Of a DNA stretch of 64,000 nucleotides, positions 36,391 to 50,420 are shown in pieces. The DNA is taken from the NCBI GenBank assembly GCA_053919585.1, contig CM132790.1; one strand, given 5' to 3'. The stretch is from Euprymna scolopes. Taxonomy: Eukaryota. Below the pieces are notes generated by a model. It did not search any database, had not been told where the DNA came from, and worked only from the letters and a program-made list of their open reading frames with translations. Position 1 is the stretch's first letter. Every line of letters begins with the position of its first letter. The position numbers and the translations under genes are program-made.

Positions 36391-39300
36391 TAATGAAACA
36401 AAATTATGCATACTACACTGAGCTGACAGGTGAAAAAACTGAGAGCTCCAGCAATAAACCATGGGGACAGAAAGGCAGTTATGCAAGTGACTTCATATGG
36501 ATTGGTAATTTAATTTTTATTTTCTTTTACTTAGGTATTTTTCCCCTTTTTCTCATCCCATGCAAAATATTGCTGCATATAAACAGTGAAATGAGCCGAG
36601 CTACCTGTTTAGATTAAACGGTGCATATGCCGAAAAGTTGGCAGCATTTAAGCCGAGATATTCCCAAATCATAATTTGATTGTATAAACGTTTGTGTTTT
36701 TTTTTGGGGGGGGGGCGTTCTAACTGTCAGGAAAGCATCTTAAAAGAAACATTACTCTAGAAAGGGATTCTGTACACCCTCCATCAAAAATTATAGAAAA
36801 AAAAATCGTTTTGTAAGTGTTTTCACTTTTATTCATATAAAATAATGCCTTAATCATCAAAAGCTCAAAGATAAAAACGTCTAAAGCTGGAAAGTTGAAA
36901 AACGAAATGAAAGCACAAAACCTCAATTAAAAGAAATAACAGAAAAATGTCTCATAATATAGTAAAGGATACCTTTCTGAATTCATTTCAGACGGCATGG
37001 GGGGCATGTCTAACTTGCTATTACTATATCCTTTCACTCTTTTAAACACTTGAAATGGTTTTGACCAACACGTTATTTTACTTGCTAACCTTTGCATGAC
37101 AGGATGAATATTTATCTAGATACAAAAGATAAGAATCGAACTCTGTTAAAGATTTAATTTAATAATTCCCCAAATTCCCCTTTTATTCTCTTGTTTACTG
37201 TGATAAAATTAGGCACCGCCAAAACTGGAGGGGCAGGTAAGTACTTTTTGACAGACCGTCTTTTTAAAAATCTACCAAAAATCAGGTAATTATCCAATCA
37301 ATACGAAATTTTCAGCGATTATTAAGAGAAGAATGAACTTTATAACAGTGTACTTATTTTTCATAAACGATATTTGCATATATATTTTTTTTTGCTTACA
37401 AAACCCACTTGTTTTGAGGGGGTTCCAAATATGCTTAAAATAATCATCTGAAACTGAACAAAACATATTGTGTTGTTGTAAGGGACAAAAACAAAAAAAA
37501 AACTTATTGCATACCTTATTTTGACGTTTGAATATCAAAACTTCGATTGTGTTTAATTATCTTGCTTTTGAGTTTTGAAGTGTGAAATTCGGTGAATATG
37601 TTAAGTAAAATAATTAATTTAAATTAAGTAAAACAAAAAAATAATATAAAAAAGTATAATATTTATACGAAAAAAGCCATTTTAAAATCTTTGATAAATA
37701 AATTAACATTTTTTTAGCGAGCCGAATAATGCATGACCATTATTAAACAGGGCATGCTTTGAAGAATCGATACAAAAAAAAATTCGATAAATATTGTGCC
37801 CTTTGTGTTAAAAATATCATTTTTTTCGATCTCATTTAAAAACGTTTGCCACCTTTCGACTACGGTGAACCAAACGCGCGTAAATAATTTTTTTATTCTG
37901 TTTTAAATCCCCCCCACACACACACACATACACATTAAAAACCAAACTCATACAAATGGTCACCCATCTGGTACTTCCCAACCTCAGCATTAATAATACA
38001 ATGAAATTTTCGTCACTGAAAAATAAGTTTTTTTGGCTTGTTTGGTCTTCCTTAGTTTGCTTTTTATCAAGTACAAATGTAAACATTGTAATCAAATCGA
38101 CACAAAGTAACTGGTTGTCTATATGAATAAGTGGAATTATTTGAATCCAGGTACTTATAATATTTTTGCATATTCTCATAGAAAATCACCCTAAATCTTA
38201 GACAAGAAATAAACAAATTAATTCTTTCAAAAACTCTTTTTTTTTTCTTTTTTTAACTATTTATATACGTTTTTTGTGCAAAACAAAAAACGCCAATTGT
38301 TAACTTTTGGAAAAAATTTAATATTTAAAATTTAATTAAAAATAGTAGAAAACGTTTTACATTATTCTGCTTTCTATATGATAAAATTCAGGGTTTTATC
38401 TTTCTGGAAAAAAAAGTTACTCAGAAATGATGGATTTTAATAAATGTAATTTCGTTTTAAAAAACAACTTGATTTTTCGGCCATTTTTTTTTTTTTTTTG
38501 CGGTGTCTAGATAAAATGCTTTGTCGCCATTGAAGGCAAGTAATAAGAGTGCAGACGTGACATCAGATTTCTGGATGAGTTTGTGTAGTGTGTTGCGTCC
38601 GGTTACGTGCACAAACAGAAAACAGCGAAATGGCAGCTGCTCCTGATTATATAAAGTAACGTGAAATTTTGTCACTCATATGCGAATAAGATGGCGTAAC
38701 TCTGATAAAAGGCCTGTAACAATTTAAACCACAAAAAAACAAATTGCATTATTTACATAGAATTTCAATTCAATTTTAAAATGTTCTGAGCTACTTTTCT
38801 TAATTCGATAAATTTATATAATTCTATTGGCAAAAAATGATCGATTAGTTAATAAATTTAGTCTTTTGAAATCTGTCTTGACAAAAACTTTCACAATTGA
38901 AAAGAAACATTTGAAATGGCATTTCTAGATGTGCCCACAAAGACATACAAGAAGCTTTGTACGTTCATGAGTTTATTCTGATGCTATCAGATCAGGCTGT
39001 ATGAAAATATCGGTTTCCTGACTCAACTGCACCGTACATTAAAATTTTTTAAAAATGTATTTCTTTTTTTTTTTTTTCTTTTTTTTTGCAAAACTTAATC
39101 ATGTCTGGCAAAGCCAAAAACAAAAACAACAACCGTGTCCCTTCTCTCATTTTCTTTCTCCCTTACTTCCCTGCCTGAAGATATTGGGTTCCTGACTTAA
39201 CACATTTTACTTTGAAAAACATTTTTAAGAAATTGACATTAATAAAAGAAAATTTCTTTTAAATAATTTTTTCAAGAAAGTGACAACATTTTACTTTTGA

Positions 39301-40084
39301 AAACAACAACAAAAGGATGAAGAAAAAAATATTGTTCTAAACAGGATCCTCTATAAACTATTTTTTCAAATTAAATAGGTTTTTAAAAAGGTTTCTTGCC
39401 TTAAATGATCATTTATCGGTTGATTGGCCGTTAAACATAACCAACCAACAGGTTTAACTTTTTATTATTTTAATTGCTAAATACATAGATAGAATAGCCA
39501 CAATAAGAATTCTTGAATCTGTACTCCTTGTTTTCGACGATACTCTTTATTTCATTAAAAGAAGTAATTTGGAAGTAATCCGGGTTCTCTGGACTAAAGG
39601 AATGTTTTATAAGTTTTTTTTGTATATCCATATTATGATATGCTCCGAATTGTGATAAAAAAATTTTAAATTGCTGATGAGGGGAATTCTTTATCTATTG
39701 GAAATTATTTTATTCAAATATAATTTTGATATTTAAAAAAAACAAAAAAATTAAAAAAAAAAAAACCTGGATTTCTGAAACGTGCGTTCGTGTAGAGTAT
39801 GTGTTGAACATTTATTTCCAGGAAATCATTTAAATATTTCAATTTGTAACCTATTAACATATGAGCACTCTAATTGATATACATTATAAATTATTGCGTT
39901 TATGTTTGATTACAGTATTGAAACAGTTCATGAGTACGTAATCATTTTTTTTCTTTTACAAAAATTATGTATGCATGAGTCTCGCACAGAATTAATGTAT
40001 TTTAGTTTATCAATTCGGGGTTTTGTTTTTTTTTTTCCGGTATTTTTTTTGTTTAGGTAAAAGAACAATCAAGAAACTGAACAG

Positions 40085-40380
40085 GTTTTATAGTAGTAAT
40101 GTATGGTTTACTGTTGGAATCTAATTGTAAGTATGGGATGTGATCCAACTCGTTTTTGTTTATAATGTTGCATGGAGAGAAATGATACGAGAATTATACG
40201 ACGGGTTTTTAATGCAAGTATTAAAGAAGAGCTTAGTTCTGATGACCTCAGGAAGATTAAATCTACAGTACAGTGTAAGCCAGAATACTTCCATGGTATG
40301 GCCACGTTGAAAGAATGAATGAGTTTTTAAATTAGAATATTTAAAACAGTTTACATAGCAGGTTCTTGAACAGAGAGCCA
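40085..40380 (+). mobile_element. RTE LINE 3' remnant
   Basis: ERNDTRIIRRVFNASIKEELSSDDLR...WYGHVERMNE. Confidence 0.7.
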
Positions 40381-41054
40381 TTCTTTTAATAGAAAAATGA
40401 CTACAAAACTGATGGCAAAAGAAATAACTTTATTGCAAAAAAAAAAGTAAATTATCCAATTGTGAATGCTTAATGTAATTGTCGCAAGCAAAAATTGACA
40501 GTTTCAGTCTAGCTTTGAATTGTAAAGAATTACAAGTAAAGAATATTAGTATTAATCGAGTCAGGATCAACAGAGCGAAGTTCCCTTCTCGTGTCTAGAA
40601 AAGTTATGATTGAAAAATTCAGTGGATTTTATACAGTGATTCTGATACCCAATTCCTTCCTTCCTATCACCCCTGGCTATAAATATAATCGTCCAAATGT
40701 TTGTGATCATACTCGATGTTTTGTACCAAAAATTTTGCAATAAGAATATCGTCCAACATTTTACAACTTGAGAAGCAGAATAAATCACTGTTTTATCTAT
40801 TTGAGTCATCCATCAATTGATGGTAAAAAATGAACTGTTCGCATGATATGATGCTCATTCGCTCATTCATTGTAACCAGAAGCTCCAACCGTGAGGTTGG
40901 TGTCCTTCTATAAAAAAAGTGTTCTCAATTATAAGGTCTTTCAGCTCATTGCTTGATGTTTGGGTACCACAGAAACACTTTTCCGGCAGGTTCATAGTGC
41001 CAAAAGTTGTTGAACAACTGCAGATATTCATTGAAGGCTACCGCACAATATTTT

Positions 41055-41310
41055 TGTTGTATTATTTGGATTATTCAGACTCTTGTTCTCATACTGAGTG
41101 TTACGCGCACAATGTTTCGGCTGATGTAACCTCCAACCTTTTTCAGGCGTATTTTATTGAACTCTGAAATCTTCACAGAATTTTTAATGAAATCCTTTAT
41201 TTAATCCATGCTTTCATTCAATGAACCATGAACAGGGTCAAGTCTTAAGCAATTCGCAGTTATATTTTTAGTCTCACCCCCACCTAGGATTGAACCTTCA
41301 ACCTCCAAAA
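41055..41310 (-). mobile_element. Penelope-like terminal repeat with degenerate hammerhead (41108-41149)
   Basis: Homologous to 19225-19460; minus strand reads CUGAAAA-A-GGUUG..CAGCC-GAAA-CAUU-GUG. Confidence 0.6.
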
Positions 41311-42585
41311 GAGGGTCACTTACAACTAAATTTTACCTAATACTTTATTCATTACACCATGGAAAATTTTGTGTTTTGCCACGATATGTTGTAGACAATG
41401 CATAACATCTTAAAGTATGATCCATCAAATTTCTTGGATCAACCACCATTCAATATCAAAAAGTCTAGCCGTAGAATAGGAAGGATTTGATTGATGCCTT
41501 GAAACTTTGAGTTTTTGTCTCATTCTTGATTTCCAGATTTTGTCGAGAGTTTGTGTTCCATGCTTGCCATATCATAAACTAGTCAGTGTTTGATTGGTAT
41601 ACCATCTGAAGAAACCAACTTCATCGTTGTTTAGGGTTCACGTATTTAGTTTTGAGAGTATTCAGGAAAATTGTTTCTTTTTTTTTTTTTTTTTACATGA
41701 ATAAGAAAAATAAACAATTAAAAACGTTTCATATACTTACATGATAAAATAATGTGTGTTTATAAGATTCTATGTAATATATTATTATACTAAAGCCGAG
41801 TTAATCAAATTTATTTCACTGGGGCTTTTTTCTTATAAATTTTAATAACACAAAATACATGCTAAAATATTTCTCAGTTTTGGGATTGAATTATATTTAC
41901 AAAAAAAAAAACTTCCATTTTAATTAATCTAAGAATTCATAAGTTGCAATTAACTCGTTTCTATTTAATGTTAAATCTTACTGTAATTTGACGTCCTGCT
42001 CTTATTTCTGTTGTCTATCACTTCCGCTTCTGTTACCTTGTGTTTTATGGACAAAGGTAATAAAGAAATGGAAGATTGGAATAGTCCATTTCAAACAAAA
42101 GGGAATATCATCAGAGCAGTGATATTAATTAACCCATTGTTGGAGAGGAAAAATATATTTTGAAATCCATAAAATAGTTTTTCATGGTTTGGGAGCAAGC
42201 TAATGACTTGATTGAAAGAGATTAATTTATTTAAAAACAAAAAGAAAGAATAGCATCAAGTTTGTTTTAATATAGTTTTAAAGGCTTGAAAATTTCCAAG
42301 GCTATATATATATATATATATAATTCTTTTAGTTCTTCGTTGTAAAATCATTTTGTCAGTAAATCATTTAATCTCTTGCAATCTCTGAATCAACTTGCTT
42401 TCTCGAATTCACAATGGTTCTAATGTCATTCTAAGGATCACTAGCTGTTTAGGATATTTAAAAACAAAACAGTATACTAAATCATGATTCCCCAGCAGTG
42501 TTGATCAAACACCATCCCTCTTAAACACATATAAACACACACCAATATTTTTTATTTCAAACCTACTTGTAAGTTGATGCTGGAG

Positions 42586-42628
<43 letters not shown>

Positions 42629-43739
42629 TGTGTGTGATGGAAAAATGACTAATTTTGGATTTAAAAAATATTTAACAGACTTTGCAGACTCATTTTTTCG
42701 CCATTCCAGCAATTTAACTCTAGTCCAACGAATGACACCTTTTCTAATAACATAACGTTCAATAGTGATTTTTGTTTTCAGTAAGAACACGTGTTTATTT
42801 AGATAAATATCGTATTTAATGAATGGAGTTGAGAACAAAAAAAAAAAATCACAAAAGGAAATTTGCTCAATCCATCAATAATCTGTGCGAGGGTTAGGGT
42901 TGGATGTTTTCAAAAAATAATTACTCTTGTGAATCAAATGAAAGCTGACCGTGCCATGGACTTTGTAAAAAATCACCAGCTGTTGCAATTCAAACAGGAA
43001 CTGACCAACTGTCCGGAACCCAAACTGCTTTGAAACAGATCAACGGTCACTAGTATTTTTGTTTTTGAGCATGTTTATTATTCAGTTTGTAGTTTCAACT
43101 CTTGGCAAAGTTTCATAAATGAAACGAAACCTCGAATCTCAACCAGTCTTTCTCTCTTTCTTTCTCTCTCTTTCTCTCTCTCTCTTTCTCTCTCTCTCTT
43201 TCATATATAAATTCCTATGAGAATCAATCTGAATTATCTACAAGAATTGGTTTTGATATTATCACCCCTGCACACATGGTTTTATGTACTAGTAAGGCAT
43301 CCACTTTATTTACTAGCAAGGTCATTTGAGGGTTTTTATTTTACTCTTGTTCACCCTAAACCAGGTAAGGGGCTACTATTTGAGACTATGTAAGGAGATG
43401 AGCGAGATATTGGTTAACATTACATTTAAGCTTTTGAATATCAATACAGTCAGGGAAGCAGGTAGGAATTTCTAAAGTTTAGCAGGATGAGGAAAGAAAC
43501 TATTATAATAGGTCTTTGGCACCTAGGGATCTAACTGGGTTTGTTGGGAGTATATACGTCAAGTGGGTACAAGTGCAAAGAGTTCACCAGAGCACATAAA
43601 TACTATCTATTGAAAAGAAGATGAGAGGATGAGGACTAACAAAGAGTTGAGGGTGTTCTTTTGACAAACGGTCAGAATATTTTTTTTTTTTTTTGATAGG
43701 CAAATTTTACTTAATTCATTTTTATTTTAAACATACACC

Positions 43740-45020
43740 TCATTTGCCAAAAGAAACGAATGGATAAGAATTAGTAATGATAGCTGAGACTGAGCAGAGT
43801 TTGATTATTTAGGAGGACGGCTCAACAAGAATTTCACATTGGGCTTTAAAACAAATGTGTTGTAGTCAGCTGAGAAGCGATCATGTGGTATGGTGTTCCA
43901 CAGATCAGATGGATAATTGTTGGAAAGAAACTTTTCTCGTGGAAGTTCCATTTAATTTTGAGTACACAAAAGAAAGGAAGGACAATTATTTTCAATAGTT
44001 GTAGCCAGACGAGTTCTTGCTGTGAATGTTTTACAGAAGGAGAAACATAGATCATTGCTTTGTCTATCATCTACCATGAACATAATGATAGCAGAGAAAT
44101 GTCTCTTCTGTGAGAAAGTTGTTAGGAAGAGAAGACAGTGCTCACTAGATTTCAAACTTGGTTTTGTACTCTGTTAAGGCAGGAAAAGGTTCTCTGACTG
44201 GCACCTCTGCAGATATGGGAACAGCACTTCATCTTTGGACTTATTTGACCTTTTATATAACAGGTACAAGAATTATACCAGGATTAAGATACTTCCTGTA
44301 CTGGTATAATTTATCTAACCATTTTTCTGGCGACATTACTTTTTTTTAGTTTCTCCTTTAGTCCTCACATTCCATGAGCGATGTTTCTGACAATGAGAGA
44401 ATTGCTGCCTCCGTGGTTTGAATCTATTCCATCTAACACTTATCGTTGACAAGTTTTTGACCTTGGAGTATTTTTTATTTTTATTTCTTTTTAGTTCCTT
44501 ACATCAAGTGGCTTCAAGCCTTGTCTGGAGCGATTTCTATAAAAAAAATATTCCATTTGAGGTCTGGAGTGAAGGTCAGTCTGAGAAGCTTATCAAGGCG
44601 AGGAGTGGACCATTCATTTCAATTTGAGCGTCGATGATGAAAAGAGAGAAAGTTGGCTTTCAGTGTATTAATACTAACCAGTGACCTTTCTCCCTTACAT
44701 GCTCCAGGTCAGAAGAGAGAGAAACAAATCTCGATTATTTATGCTCTTTAAAGTGTTGCCATAGATGGTTGTTATCTGCATAAATGTCAACAAATGATCT
44801 TAGAATATGATTTGGGAGATCATTGATGGAGATCAGAAAGACAGTTGGGCCTAGGATGGATACTTGAGGCACGTTGGCATTGGTACAATGTACTTCAGAT
44901 ATCTTTCCATTAACGGCTACTTCTATAAACTTATTAGAGAAAGGATTTCGTGGTTTTAAGATATTCCATAGCTAGCTTTTGAAGCAAATCCTTGTGCCAA
45001 ATCTTATCAAAGGCCTTTGT
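43740..45020 (-). mobile_element. Decayed CR1-group LINE family A (RT and 3' region)
   Basis: Minus-strand KAFDKIWHK and NVPQVSILGPT motifs plus homology to 21.0-22.3 kb. Confidence 0.75.
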
Positions 45021-45802
45021 TATAGCAGAAGTATTATCAATCAAATAAGTGTATCTACTAAATATGTCCATATTTCAATACATTAATAAACTCAAAGAAG
45101 ATGCAAGTTAGTTTGGCGCATCTAAATAAAAAGTGAAAAAAAAATTTGATACATGGTGTAGAAAAGGTTAGCTACCACACTAAAAAAAATCGTTCAAAAT
45201 AACAGCTTGTTAATGTTTTATTTCTAGGTGCATTTTTAATTTTTGCAAAAAAAAACAAAACAAAAAATGAATGTGACTTTTTTCTCAACGCAGTAATATA
45301 AATTCCGCACCGAACATAATGTCCTTCAAAGTAATTGCCATTGTAACTACCTATCAACATAAACTGTAAACTTGCAACAAAAATGTCTACCTAATAAATG
45401 CTGCGTTTTTATGACTTTGCGGGAGTTTAACCTGTGAGTGAAAAACAAGAGGTTGAAACTAAAAAAAAGAAATCTACTAAACAGAACATTTAAAAATATA
45501 ATTAAAAGATTGACGCTGGCATAGCCTGAGTATGTGTTGTTTATACCAGTCAAGGATATGTTCTCGACAATCAGTGGCTGCGTTGCTGTTTGATTAAGGT
45601 ACGGTTCTAGGAGGTCCACACTTCCAAGTTTTACTTTTCTCGCTTTGAGAAGGGGTTATTTTATTGCTAATCTCCTCAATCAGGGAATGCTGATGAGACT
45701 GCTCAGGCATTTTTGTAGGTCAGAATGCACTTCTAGTGTGCTTGCTTATCAGAACCTCACTTCACTTTGTCTGACCTCTTGGAAAGGAGGTAAGTAAACT
45801 CA

Positions 45803-45849
45803 ATGTTTCCTTGGCTTTTTGGCTAGGTACAAAGTGTAGTATCTGTTCT
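45803..45849 (+). pseudogene. 3'-truncated U2 snRNA pseudogene fragment
   Basis: atgtttccttggctttttggctaggtacaaagtgtagtatctgttct matches the U2 5' end, including the branch-site recognition GUGUAGUA. Confidence 0.75.
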
Positions 45850-45902
45850 GACATCACACTTCATCTTTCTATCCTTTATCATAAAGACTGTTTTTGTCTC
45901 AA

Positions 45903-45971
<69 letters not shown>

Positions 45972-46743
45972 AGCAAATAGTTAATAAGACATGTGAAAAA
46001 ACACTTTGAAAAAGAGTTAAAAACATATTTAATTTGAAAAGGAAACACTAAATAAGTGGATAGTCCTTAATCCGCGGAGTTTCAAAGAAATACTTTCCTT
46101 CTCATTAGAGGGTAGGATTTAGCAAAATGCGGGATCGGATTTTGCTTGCAAAACTATTTGATGAAACTACAAGTAAGTTAAAGATCTTACTTGAAAACAA
46201 AAAGAAGGAATAGGGTGAAGAAAAAAGTGATTTCATGTGAATGGATAGTCTGGTAAAAGGTAAAGTATCCAATGACGGTAAAATCCAAAAATGCAAATCC
46301 AAGAAAGTTAGTTAAATTTCCATTCGCACAAGTAAAATCCCAGGGAATCGCTTAATTGGAAGATGTTCCAAAATAATCCAAAAGACCGAAATCCATGGAA
46401 TAATTCACAAATAGGTACAAGGAAAAGGAGAAAGAATTCCAATGATATTATTAAAAGAAAAATAAGATATGCGCTAGACTCGGCTGCCGAGGCAAGGCGT
46501 AATTAAGAAAAATGGGTGAAGGAGAAGAGAAAAAAATGAGTGAAAAGAAAAGCAAATTGAATGGTCATTGAATTAAATATAAAATATAAAAGCCAATGTC
46601 AAAATGACCCAGACAAGATGACGTTAAAAGGCGCCAAAAATATAGAGCAAAAAAGAGGTCAACTAAAATGTACAAGTTATTACTTAAGAAAATATCAGCA
46701 GGAGTTATTAAGACACCAAATGAAATGAAAAAAAAAAAATTTA

Positions 46744-46794
<51 letters not shown>

Positions 46795-46795
<1 letters not shown>

Positions 46796-47420
46796 TAGCA
46801 AAGTGACCAGACATTGCTCGGGATTAAATGATGATCAACATTTTACTTTCATATTTTCATTGTCATTGAAATCGGTGAAATCACCATTTTTAATCAAATC
46901 GATTGATTGCCTGCTCTAATTGGGGATCCATTGTGGTGCACCTGGAAGAAGCTTCACATGCTTCTCACAGTGGCTTAATTCACAAGACATTGTAGTCTAC
47001 ATTGCACTGTAGAGAACCTACTGTTGATTTTATGAAATTATTTTTTATATTTGATGGCTTGAATTAAATTTAGAATGCAAAAGTCAAGTATCAGGATTCA
47101 ATTGTGCTCTAAACAGAAACATTCATTTCGAATGCGCCCCTTATAAAATCAACAGTAGGTTCTTTGATATAATGTGGCGCCTTTTGGTTTGTGTGTGAAT
47201 ATAAAACTTCCCAAACGCACTTGTGATCTAAGGCTGTGTAAGGTGTGAACTTTGGTCAAAATCGCCTGTTCTTTTTTCATCAGATTATTTCGATTATCAA
47301 TACTTATCGAAGACATTCCGGTACAAAAACTATCTAAGAACACTGGCAAGCACATAAAATACCTTCATGTGAAATTTCATAACAATCGACCGTATCGTTT
47401 TCAAGATCATACACATACAA
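46795..47420 (-). mobile_element. Non-autonomous Helitron-like element, sister of 31553-32200
   Basis: CTAG end at 46795; reverse-complement homology to 31615-31700 and 32000-32150. Confidence 0.7.
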
Positions 47421-47489
47421 AGTTCTCATATATATATACATATATATATATATATACATTATATATATATATATATATAAGTAATGGCT

Positions 47490-47720
47490 TATGAAGGCCC
47501 GAAAGCCACTTAAGGATAAGGATTAATGAGTGTAAGGTGGTCACTGAGATAACAGCTTAGTGATCGATGGTGGTGAGAGTTGGTTTGAATTGGATTATTT
47601 AAAGGAGCGAGAATCAAAATTTGTTTGCATTGGACTTGCTGGGTCAGCTGCCCTGAGTTCCACAGGTGGATAGAAATTAGAAGAATACCTACCCAGGAAT
47701 GGGTAAAAGTAATTTCCTGA
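47490..47720 (-). mobile_element. CR1-group LINE family A 3' tail
   Basis: cttatgaaggcccgaaagccacttaaggataagg tail motif. Confidence 0.65.
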
Positions 47721-48930
47721 ACACAAGTTTCGCATGAATGTAAGGCCCTTTTGCAAAAGTTAAAATCAGCATATGATACTTTACCTTATGTCTACAATCC
47801 TTATTTCAACTTTATTCAAAATCGTGTAAATGATTTTGAATATAGAAAATATCCACAATTTAAAGTTTAAGTTTAAGGGGTTTTAAGAAGAAATTGAAAT
47901 TCAATGAATCTTGGCTTTTTTTTTTTTTTTTTTTTTTTTTTTTTGATTATGCATATCTTAAATATTTGAATTTTGAAATGGGAGATTGTATCCATATTAT
48001 GCCCCTTTAGAAACCATTTGGAATCATTGAAATTCACTGACATTTAAAGAATATATATTAATAATGCCTAATACATATTGTAAAGATTCCACAAATCGGA
48101 AGTATCTGAATTTTCCGGAAGTGCCCTACTCTTTTAACCTCTTTACATGAAACTAAATATAGCCTACATTATGCCTTGCGGCTGTTTTCTAAAATTTATA
48201 ATGATCGGTTAATTAGTGTAGGAGTGAATCTTATACATGAAAATATCTAAACATACGCACATACTTGACTTGATATAAATAAAGATATCCACAGATGGGT
48301 TGATATACTGTAAAACAGTCAAAATTAAAACAGCTAGCGGGTTTTAAAACATCTGAAATTCTGCAAATAAATAAATAAAAATAAAGATCCAGGAAAGAAT
48401 AGGAAATAGATCAGGCGTAATTAAGACGCCATTTTCTTTGGTCGGAAATTGAAGTTGCAATCGAAGATGTGTAATTATTTCCTTTGTTAAAGATTCGAAA
48501 TGGAGGGAAAATTTTAAGATTTTCTTTCACTGTCGGGAAAGAAAAAGAAAGAAAAAAGTACTTTAAGTGTTTTAGGAAGAACATGTGCTGTCTTGTCTCC
48601 CTTATCTTTTGAGTGCATGTAAAACCTTGAAATCCTTTTTGAAAACAGGGTTTCAGATTTCACATGATTTCCTAATTGCTTGTGTGTCTTTTTGCAATTT
48701 GACCCGACTGAGGCTCTGGATTGATAATGTTACATGTTTATTTTTATTTATTTATTTTTTTAATAGTCTGTCTGATCAAATGCGTCATGCGAACCTATGA
48801 CCTTATTTATTTTCTTTCTTTACTTGTGGTACGAAAATCCTCCATAAAATGCGTACGATTTGCAATTACTTTACCGACATACAACGTGGTAATCTCTCTC
48901 ACACAACACTAGTCTGTCTGTCTGTCTCTT

Positions 48931-48964
<34 letters not shown>

Positions 48965-49329
48965 TATTCAGTATTGGTGCTCCCTGGCCTAAAATGCACC
49001 AAACATTGATGCTATTGTATTTCTTTGTTTTCCTTTACAAAACTTAATCATATTCTACAAAGTCAAAAAGAAAAAAAAAATTTATTCCACAAAACAACCA
49101 AACCAAACAAAATGAATAAATATTTGAAGAAATATAACTAAAAAAGTAACTTATCCTCAAGTTACTGGATTCAGTATTAAATAACCCGAAAAGAGTTGAT
49201 ATGCCGTAAAACCGAACAACAAATAATGCTCAATATGGGAGTAGAGTTCAGCCTGATAATTTCCTTTTCGAATGAAACATAAACGTTTCTATGTAGCCCA
49301 ATTGTAATAAGTATAGTTTCATACTACTA

Positions 49330-49375
<46 letters not shown>

Positions 49376-49522
49376 TGTATTGCTGGTGTTTATCAAAAAG
49401 TGTTGAATACAATCAGTATATATAGTATATATTTTTAAGCGAACATTATTAGCTACATATGTGTATACATGTTCTATTAAGGATTTCTTTATAAATCAAC
49501 ATCGTCGGTTCATATCGTACAA

Positions 49523-49570
<48 letters not shown>

Positions 49571-50420
49571 AATATCTATCACAGGATAGGTAAAATGAAT
49601 CCGTACCATTTTTATTTTCCCTTAGAAAGCTTAAAATGAAAATATATGAATTAAAATATATTACAATCCATTTCGACTCCAGAAAATGTTCAGAATTTAA
49701 GGATTAAGTGGTTTTAAGTAAAAATGGCAATTCCAAAAGTCTTCCATGGTGGTTTCTGATAACTACGGATTCAATTAGATGCAAATCTGATATATTTATA
49801 TTTTTAGATAAAACGCTGTGCTCTTATTATACCTCTTGCTTATCCCCGTTGCTTTAAACTAAATGAAACTAAATATAACCCACATTATGACACTTTATGC
49901 CTAGCGCTTTCTTCCAAAATTCGAAATGATCGGTTAATTAGTTTAGGAGTAAAGGATAAGTAAATTCAGTCATTTTCTCAATTTTTGTCATTGATAGCTG
50001 TTTTCCTACAATATCAATATCTGATGTTGCCTCATCAGTTTTTCTTGTAAAGCATAGAAGTATGTTATGAAGGATAAGATGTTCGATTTAATCTCTTTCA
50101 GAAAATACTTTGCCAGTCCGAATTATTTTAATACGGACGCCATCTTAAATAAGGGATGCAACTCTGTATTGATCACTAGTTACTCTCTTATTTGGAAAGA
50201 ATATAACAGAATGACAAAAACGAAAATGAAAATAATTTTCTATAAAAAACAACAACTGGCAACGCCAAGTAAGGAACAGAACTTGTAAAAAATTTTTTAA
50301 AAATCATCTTTCATCATTCATTATAGAAAACAATTGTTTTAACCCATATTAAGATATATGTTCACCTATATGTACTTATTTTTCATAGGACATCACCAGT
50401 GTTTATATATATATATATAT

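Noticed and set aside
40560-40900. Mariner HTH remnant on the minus strand
   Set aside because: Similarity is too weak and no TIRs were found
45680-45715. CTGATGAG hammerhead core
   Set aside because: No stem II followed by GAAA
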